A stretch of 64,000 nt of DNA from Minisyncoccia bacterium (GTDB lineage: Bacteria > Patescibacteriota > Minisyncoccia > UBA6257 > JAAZHW01): contig JBFEPE010000003.1 in assembly GCA_041550235.1 (NCBI GenBank), forward strand, positions 1,199 through 65,198, read 5' to 3'. Position numbers and translations under genes: made by a program. Every line of letters starts with the position of its first letter. Within the stretch, counting starts at the first letter, position 1. Of the stretch, positions 58,497 through 64,000 are shown piece by piece. Below the pieces are notes generated by a model. The model did no database searches. It saw only the letters and a list, made by a program, of their open reading frames with translations, and had not been told where the DNA came from.

Positions 58497-58784
58497 TTAC
58501 TGATTGTAATATGCCTTTAGTAATTTCTCACTTCCAGCAGTTGCTCCCGTTACAAATCCTCGAATATATTTACCATTTTTAGATCCCATGCGATATGACC
58601 ACTGGTGGTTGTTAGAGTCAATTTTATCAGCTCGGAATGTTCGCACATAAACACGTTCGTCCCATGATTTAAAAACAACAGACAGGGTCCCTTTGTTTAA
58701 ATCGACTTTCCAAACATCCAGCACCTCTTTGACTGCGACAAAAGACATTGCTACCCTCTTTTGTTTTTTAGTATTACTAATCAA
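58497..58784 (-). CDS. Hypothetical protein
   Basis: 95 aa, co-oriented with the TIGR04255-like operon, followed by a terminator at about 58438-58478; start uncertain. Confidence 0.45.
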   Translation of the reverse strand: MISNTKKQKRVAMSFVAVKEVLDVWKVDLNKGTLSVVFKSWDERVYVRTFRADKIDSNNHQWSYRMGSKNGKYIRGFVTGATAGSEKLLKAYYNQ

Positions 58785-58843
58785 AAATAATTACATCTTA
58801 TCTTTAAAACAATTACAACCCCACTCCCCTATCGAAATAGTTT

Positions 58844-59410
58844 TCATTCCTTTATTTCCGGCAAACCAAATCTTGATAAAAAATTAGCAAATCTTTGCGA
58901 TAAACCCTCCCTAAATAACTCATTTATACTGGCAACATAATTATTTTTTCTCTTACTATACAAATAATCCCTCGATAAGGTAAAAAAGTGTTTAAAATCT
59001 ACAACTAAATTTGGTATTTGCATTTTGCTATCTCCTTGAAGATAATAATATCTTTTCATCTCATCATTTTTTTTTAATTTTGATTGTTCCGATGCTTTAA
59101 ATTTTCTCATACTTAATCCCTCAAGATGATTCCCATCAAAAAAATTGCCGTCAAGATATGCGGGACAAATTAAGATTGTTTGTAAGTGTTTATCATTATC
59201 TAGTGAATTATATTCCCTTTCTTGAAAATCCTGCATAAGATCACAATCCTGAGTCATAACCACACAATATTCTAAAAATATTGATTCTATATTCACAGAT
59301 TCATTATCATCCATATTTGTGAATATTCTAATGTCTTTGATTATATCTCCCTGACAAATCCTTTTTTCTTCAATCTTTCTATACCTAGAATTAATTTTGC
59401 TTAAGAACAT
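58844..59410 (-). CDS. Hypothetical protein, PemK/MazF-like pattern
   Basis: QGDII...CVVMTQDCDL...ILICPA...LVVDFKHFFTL...FREGLSQRFANFLSR. Confidence 0.7.
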   Translation of the reverse strand: MFLSKINSRYRKIEEKRICQGDIIKDIRIFTNMDDNESVNIESIFLEYCVVMTQDCDLMQDFQEREYNSLDNDKHLQTILICPAYLDGNFFDGNHLEGLSMRKFKASEQSKLKKNDEMKRYYYLQGDSKMQIPNLVVDFKHFFTLSRDYLYSKRKNNYVASINELFREGLSQRFANFLSRFGLPEIKE

Positions 59411-59597
59411 ATATTTTCTTTTCTATGCCTGATTTTTTTAATGGATAATCATATTTTCCCTTAAACACATTAAAATCTTTAGTATCATTTTTTTTACTTA
59501 AGTTTAGATTGATTGTTTTCGTTTTTGCGATTTTATAACTTGTGCTGGTATAATTTTTATCATCTTTTTTATTCAATTTTATTGTTTTCTTAATCAT
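59391..59597 (-). CDS. Small basic hypothetical protein
   Basis: 68 aa, Lys/Asn-rich, tightly coupled to both neighbours. Confidence 0.55.
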   Translation of the reverse strand: MIKKTIKLNKKDDKNYTSTSYKIAKTKTINLNLSKKNDTKDFNVFKGKYDYPLKKSGIEKKIYVLKQN

Positions 59598-59602
59598 ATT
59601 TT

Positions 59603-60367
59603 TTATGAATTTAATAGTTTTCTAAAATCATTAGTTATACTAGCTTCAAAAAGGTCTCCAATGTATTGATTGTATTTTTTTGCCACCTCTAACAAATCTT
59701 CTGATTCAATTCCCGAAGTATTAAAACAATCAAAATCTAATATAAATTCCTTTCTATTTATTTCATTGGGAAAGTCGTTATTCCAAATTCCATATTGAAA
59801 ATTTATATCTCCTAGTTCCTCTTTAATAGCTAAATGATTCATGGCTCTTGAAACAATTTTTTTATTGTCTTTTATGAACTCTAATCCAGAAATTAAATTT
59901 TTATTCAAATATTTTGTCCAATCAAGCTGATTTTTCTCTTCAATCTTTATTTCATTGAGATATCTTAATCCTATTCTGCCTATTATTTCTATTCCATATC
60001 TATTTATAAATTTATTTACTACTTTTTCAATGTCACCAAATAATTCTTCGGAGTTTTTGTAATTTTTATAATCTATATATAAAAATTTCATGCTCACGGC
60101 TAAATCCTTTTTATTCTCCCTGCCATTAAAAATCCATGAACTGATTTCTTGATGGTGTTGCCTCGATTCATTATTGTCATTAAAAATACTAGTTAATCCT
60201 CTGTTTTCTTTCTTGTTATAGAAATAATCTTTAATTTCTTCTGAAAATTCTTTTAGATTTCCAATAGGAATGCTCTCTAAAAAATCTAATCTAAAAATAA
60301 CCCTGCTAAGAAAATTTCTTTTATAAGGTTTTTTTGTTGATATTTTTCTAGACTTTTTTTCAGTCAT
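59603..60367 (-). CDS. TIGR04255-like protein
   Basis: Y.RNFLSRVIFRLDF, RIGLRYLNEI, FILDFDC, LFEASIT...R; start ATG 60367. Confidence 0.8.
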   Translation of the reverse strand: MTEKKSRKISTKKPYKRNFLSRVIFRLDFLESIPIGNLKEFSEEIKDYFYNKKENRGLTSIFNDNNESRQHHQEISSWIFNGRENKKDLAVSMKFLYIDYKNYKNSEELFGDIEKVVNKFINRYGIEIIGRIGLRYLNEIKIEEKNQLDWTKYLNKNLISGLEFIKDNKKIVSRAMNHLAIKEELGDINFQYGIWNNDFPNEINRKEFILDFDCFNTSGIESEDLLEVAKKYNQYIGDLFEASITNDFRKLLNS

Positions 60368-60485
60368 TGTAATGTTTTTCAAAAAAATAAGACGACCTTT
60401 TATCTGTGGCTATGTGGGTTCTAGACCATCTTTATATATTATACTTAATTCTATCACAAATAAGTATATTTTCAAAACCAAAAAA

Positions 60486-62207
60486 CTATTCCCTAATAAC
60501 TCTGAGGACTTCTTCTATTGTGGTCATTCCTACTCTTGCCTTGCGAAGACCATCCTCAATCATAGAAACCATTCCCCTATCTCTTGCCATTCTCTTTAAA
60601 TCATCCAATGAAAAATCTGGATTATTTATAAACCTTCTAATATCTTCGTCTAAATCCAAGACCTCAAAAATACCAATTCGCCCTTGATAGCCAGTATCAC
60701 CACATGTTTGGCACCCCGCCCCTTTATAAAGTATTTTAGGTAAATCTATTTTTTTATCATCCATCGCAAAACTCATAAATTGAATTTTTAAATTTTCTAA
60801 CTCCTCTTCTGTGGGAGTATATGATTGAATGCATTCAGGACAAATCCTCCTCACCAATCTTTGAGCAATAATAGTATTCAAAACCGCTCCCACCAAAAAA
60901 GAAGGGATTCCCATATCAACCAATCTTGGAATAGATGTTGGGGCATCGTTCGTGTGGAGAGAAGACAAGAGTAAATGACCGGTGAGGGCAGAATGAACAG
61001 AAATTTCTGCAGTCTCCTCATCTCTAATTTCTCCGACCATTATAATATCCGGGTCTTGACGAAGAATAGCTCTTAACCCAGAAGCAAATGTAACACCTGA
61101 AATAGGGTTGATTTGAGTTTGATTTATATATTTAATGTCATACTCAATAGGGTCTTCAATCGTAACAATATTAACTTGGGGTTGATTTAAAATATTTAAA
61201 ATTGAATAAAGAGTAGTCGTCTTACCAGAACCAGTCGGACCAGTCACCAAAATCATTCCATAAGTTCTTTTGATTGATTGAGAGATAGTCTTTGCTGTTT
61301 CCTCAAGCATTCCCAATTCTGAAAAACTCATCGGCTTAGCGGTAGATTTCAAAAGTCGCATTTCAACTTTTTCTCCATAAAGAGTAGGCATTATAGAGAC
61401 ACGAATATCAATAACTTCCCCTAATGCCTGATATCTAAATCGCCCATCTTGTGGTTTTTGATGTTCGTCAATTTTTAATCCAGCCAAAAGTTTTACTCGG
61501 GCAACAATTGCCGGCTGGACTTCTTTTCCGATACGAATTATTTCTTGTAAAATTCCGTCAATTCTAAACCTAATTAAAATATTATCGCTAAAAATTTCAA
61601 TATGAATATCTGATGCATTTAAAGAAGATGCATAATTCAAAATATTATTAACAATATTGATAATCGATAATTCTGTTGCAATATCTTTTTCTTCCTTTTT
61701 TTGAGCTCTAATTTGAGTGCTTGCTCTAACATTTTCCTCTATTGCTTTTTTAAAATCCTCAACTACTTCCTGTCCATAGAGAGAAAATACATAATTTAAT
61801 TCCGAATCAGAAACCAAAAATGGCTTTATGCTTGCTCCCAAATATGTCTCTATAAATGATATTGTTTCTAAGTCGCTTGGGTCTTCCATTGCCAAAAAAA
61901 CTACCCCTGATGGATCTTTATCAAAAGCTACTATTTTTCGAGCTCTTGCTATTTCTTCAGGCAAAAGAGATAATATTTCTTTTTTGAGTGGCCTACCTCT
62001 TAATTTTGCTACCGGTGTTTGGAAGAAATCTGAATATATTTGAAATAGATAATCTTGGGTAATTAATTTTCTTGATATTAAAACATCAGCCAAATTTTGG
62101 CTTGTTCTTTCGGCATACTCTGATGCTTCTGAGAAATCTTTCTCATCCACCAAATGCCCATCAACGAGTATTTCCTTTAATTTAATTATTGGCAATCTTA
62201 CCGGCAT
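60486..62207 (-). CDS. GspE/PilB family ATPase with N-terminal domain
   Basis: AMEDP, ASDIHIE, PQDGRF, TGPTGSGKTTTLY, LRQDPD, LHTND. Confidence 0.95.
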   Translation of the reverse strand: MPVRLPIIKLKEILVDGHLVDEKDFSEASEYAERTSQNLADVLISRKLITQDYLFQIYSDFFQTPVAKLRGRPLKKEILSLLPEEIARARKIVAFDKDPSGVVFLAMEDPSDLETISFIETYLGASIKPFLVSDSELNYVFSLYGQEVVEDFKKAIEENVRASTQIRAQKKEEKDIATELSIINIVNNILNYASSLNASDIHIEIFSDNILIRFRIDGILQEIIRIGKEVQPAIVARVKLLAGLKIDEHQKPQDGRFRYQALGEVIDIRVSIMPTLYGEKVEMRLLKSTAKPMSFSELGMLEETAKTISQSIKRTYGMILVTGPTGSGKTTTLYSILNILNQPQVNIVTIEDPIEYDIKYINQTQINPISGVTFASGLRAILRQDPDIIMVGEIRDEETAEISVHSALTGHLLLSSLHTNDAPTSIPRLVDMGIPSFLVGAVLNTIIAQRLVRRICPECIQSYTPTEEELENLKIQFMSFAMDDKKIDLPKILYKGAGCQTCGDTGYQGRIGIFEVLDLDEDIRRFINNPDFSLDDLKRMARDRGMVSMIEDGLRKARVGMTTIEEVLRVIRE

Positions 62208-62262
62208 ATTTAATATTATTATAAATTATATAGTGCTTATATCATTATAAACTATTTTCAGC

Positions 62263-62289
62263 ACCCTCGTCGCCCTTGGCGACGAGGGT
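62263..62289. repeat. GC palindrome
   Basis: ACCCTCGTCGCC-CTT-GGCGACGAGGGT. Confidence 0.85.
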
Positions 62290-62412
62290 ATCTGCGACAT
62301 CTTTTCTTGATATTATCTATTATAAACTAATTTTAAAATAAATAAAAAAGGGGTTAAGGGAGTTTGGTTTATCCTCACTCCCCCACCCCATTTGGGAAAA
62401 AAGTGGAAAAGA

Positions 62413-62763
62413 TTAAAAATTTCTTTTTTTAGCATAATAATTTATGGCTTCATTCTCGCTTTCAAAAACCATCATGACTGAATAGCAAGAATTAATCACA
62501 TGAATGACATTTCCATTTTCATCAAAGAAAGATATCTTATCTTTTCCATTTCTATGATGAATGGACTCAATTTTTGTTACATTTCCACCTATTTCCTCTT
62601 TTGTAATATGCCTTTTTTTACCATCTTCTTCAGAAAAACAGGGTACCACAAACACATCATTCAATTCTGTGGTTTTGTCATCAATTTCATTAGTAGTAGT
62701 TTTGCAAACATTATAGCCATGTTTGTCTAACCATTTTTTAATTCTGCCTTCTCTCATTGTCAT
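62413..62763 (-). CDS. Hypothetical protein (solo unit)
   Basis: 116 aa; SD AGGAGG; minus-strand TTGACT-17-TATACT promoter at about 62783-62811. Confidence 0.7.
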   Translation of the reverse strand: MTMREGRIKKWLDKHGYNVCKTTTNEIDDKTTELNDVFVVPCFSEEDGKKRHITKEEIGGNVTKIESIHHRNGKDKISFFDENGNVIHVINSCYSVMMVFESENEAINYYAKKRNF

Positions 62764-62816
62764 CTTGCACCTCCTACGGGGCAGTATAGCACATATTTTT
62801 TAAAAAGTCAAGAGGG

Positions 62817-63740
62817 CTATTTTCGTCGTCTATTATGAAAGGCGGAATGAACCTCCTTCAACTCCTTATTTGTAAGATGAGTATAAACTTGAGTGGTATT
62901 TAAATTTGAATGACCAAGCATCATTTGAACAGACCTTAAATCCGCCCCATTTTGTAAAAGGTCGGTCGCAAACATATGGCGAAGAGTATGCGGAGTCACC
63001 TTCCTCACAATTCCCGCTTTCGTAGCATAATGCTTAATCAACCTCTGAACAAGGCGAGGACTTATTCCCCCCAAAACCTTTGGATTATTTGCCTTTGAAT
63101 AACTCACAAATAATGAATCTTCTAAGTCCCCTCTTTTATCAAGATATTTCTTTATCAATTCTCTTGCGGTTTTTGAAAGAAAAACAACTCTTATTTTGCC
63201 ACCTTTTCCAAAAACACTGAACTCCCCCGTTTTTAGATTTACATTTTCTTTCTTCAATGAGCAAAGTTCTGATATTCTCATTCCTGTTGAAAATATAGTT
63301 TCTAATATCGCTTTATCTCTAATAGAAATAATATCATTGCCATCAGGGGCTGATAATAATCTTTCCAAATCAGAATAACTTATCATTTCAATTTCTCTTT
63401 CGGGCAATTTACTTAGCTCTATATTATCTGGCGACAATGATTCTTGCCCTATCTTAACTAAATATCTCAAAAATCCTCTTAATGCAATAATATAATAGTT
63501 TTGAGTTGCCTTCTTTAATCCTCCATCATTAATCCTATTTAAATAAAGACGATATTTTCTTATTATTTCTGCATCAATTTGTTTAACTGAAATATCATCT
63601 TTCTTTTTATCAAAACTTTTCTCTAAAAAATCAACCAATTTTTTTAAATATTGATTATAATTTTCTATTGTTTTTCTGCTTCTCCCCTTTTCTATTTCCA
63701 AATATTCTAAATATTGATTTATCGCCTTCATCAAATTCAT
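62817..63740 (-). CDS. Tyrosine recombinase XerC/XerD family
   Basis: RDKAILE..FSTGMRISEL, GKGGK.R, TPHTLRHMFAT.LL.NGADLRSVQ.MLGH....TTQVYTH. Confidence 0.95.
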   Translation of the reverse strand: MNLMKAINQYLEYLEIEKGRSRKTIENYNQYLKKLVDFLEKSFDKKKDDISVKQIDAEIIRKYRLYLNRINDGGLKKATQNYYIIALRGFLRYLVKIGQESLSPDNIELSKLPEREIEMISYSDLERLLSAPDGNDIISIRDKAILETIFSTGMRISELCSLKKENVNLKTGEFSVFGKGGKIRVVFLSKTARELIKKYLDKRGDLEDSLFVSYSKANNPKVLGGISPRLVQRLIKHYATKAGIVRKVTPHTLRHMFATDLLQNGADLRSVQMMLGHSNLNTTQVYTHLTNKELKEVHSAFHNRRRK

Positions 63741-63764
63741 ATTTTTGTTATTTATCTAATTATA

Positions 63765-64000
63765 TTACTTCTGTATTATTTTTAAAAACAATTTTTCATC
63801 CTTTTTCTTAAAAGGGCTTATCATTGCTAATCTTAAATTTTTTGGGTTAAATAATTCCTTTGACAAAGACAAAACATCCCCTATCTTCACAGAATCAATT
63901 TCCCTCAAAACACTTGCAAGAGAAAACATCTCTCCTCTTAATAATTGATTAAATCCAAAAAATGACCCCCAATCATCAGATGTTTCTAATCCCAAAATTA
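63765..64000 (-). CDS. M16 family peptidase, C-terminal fragment
   Basis: LGLETSD...IDSV...DV...KELF....L.LA.I.P; runs off the window. Confidence 0.7.
   Translation of the reverse strand, partial: ILGLETSDDWGSFFGFNQLLRGEMFSLASVLREIDSVKIGDVLSLSKELFNPKNLRLAMISPFKKKDEKLFLKIIQK

Noticed and set aside
62817-63740. Integron or prophage integrase explaining the solo gene units
   Set aside because: It looks like a housekeeping XerC/D: no IntI-specific insertion, no attC array and no phage genes recognised
1-64000. Alternative genetic code (TGA as Gly, as in Gracilibacteria)
   Set aside because: Core genes are full length under code 11, and secA and yebC end at TGA at the expected positions

Overview
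AT-rich bacterial chromosomal segment (about 30% GC by eye, not computed; genetic code 11). Gene content suggests a Patescibacteria/CPR (Parcubacteria-like) genome; this is inference. Housekeeping genes include miaA, xfp, secA, rmuC, murJ, glyQS, argS, rpmF, nusB, trxB, rpoD, yebC, ruvC, rpsP, rnpB, gatB, galU and a Xer recombinase. There are two PilB/GspE ATPases, a pilin-adhesin fusion and a T4SS-like cluster (VirB6-like, PrgI, VirB4, T4SS pilin). Toxin-antitoxin modules include PIN, two HicBA and MntA-HepT. The most unusual signals are: (1) a large family of GC-rich palindromes with variable arms, some nested and some flanked by 22-33 bp duplications of promoters or gene junctions; (2) about ten single-gene units, mostly ORFans, with their own Shine-Dalgarno and often their own promoter and terminator, among core genes that mostly lack an SD; their cargo includes an orphan RiPP-like precursor and a class-I-like cyclic nucleotide phosphodiesterase; (3) four gene-less promoter-to-terminator units, each beside a perfect DnaA box; (4) a TIGR04255-like / small protein / PemK-like operon with an attenuator-like leader; (5) toxin-type genes that keep both ends but have lost their catalytic core. 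No rRNA, tRNA, CRISPR array, transposase or reverse transcriptase was seen.
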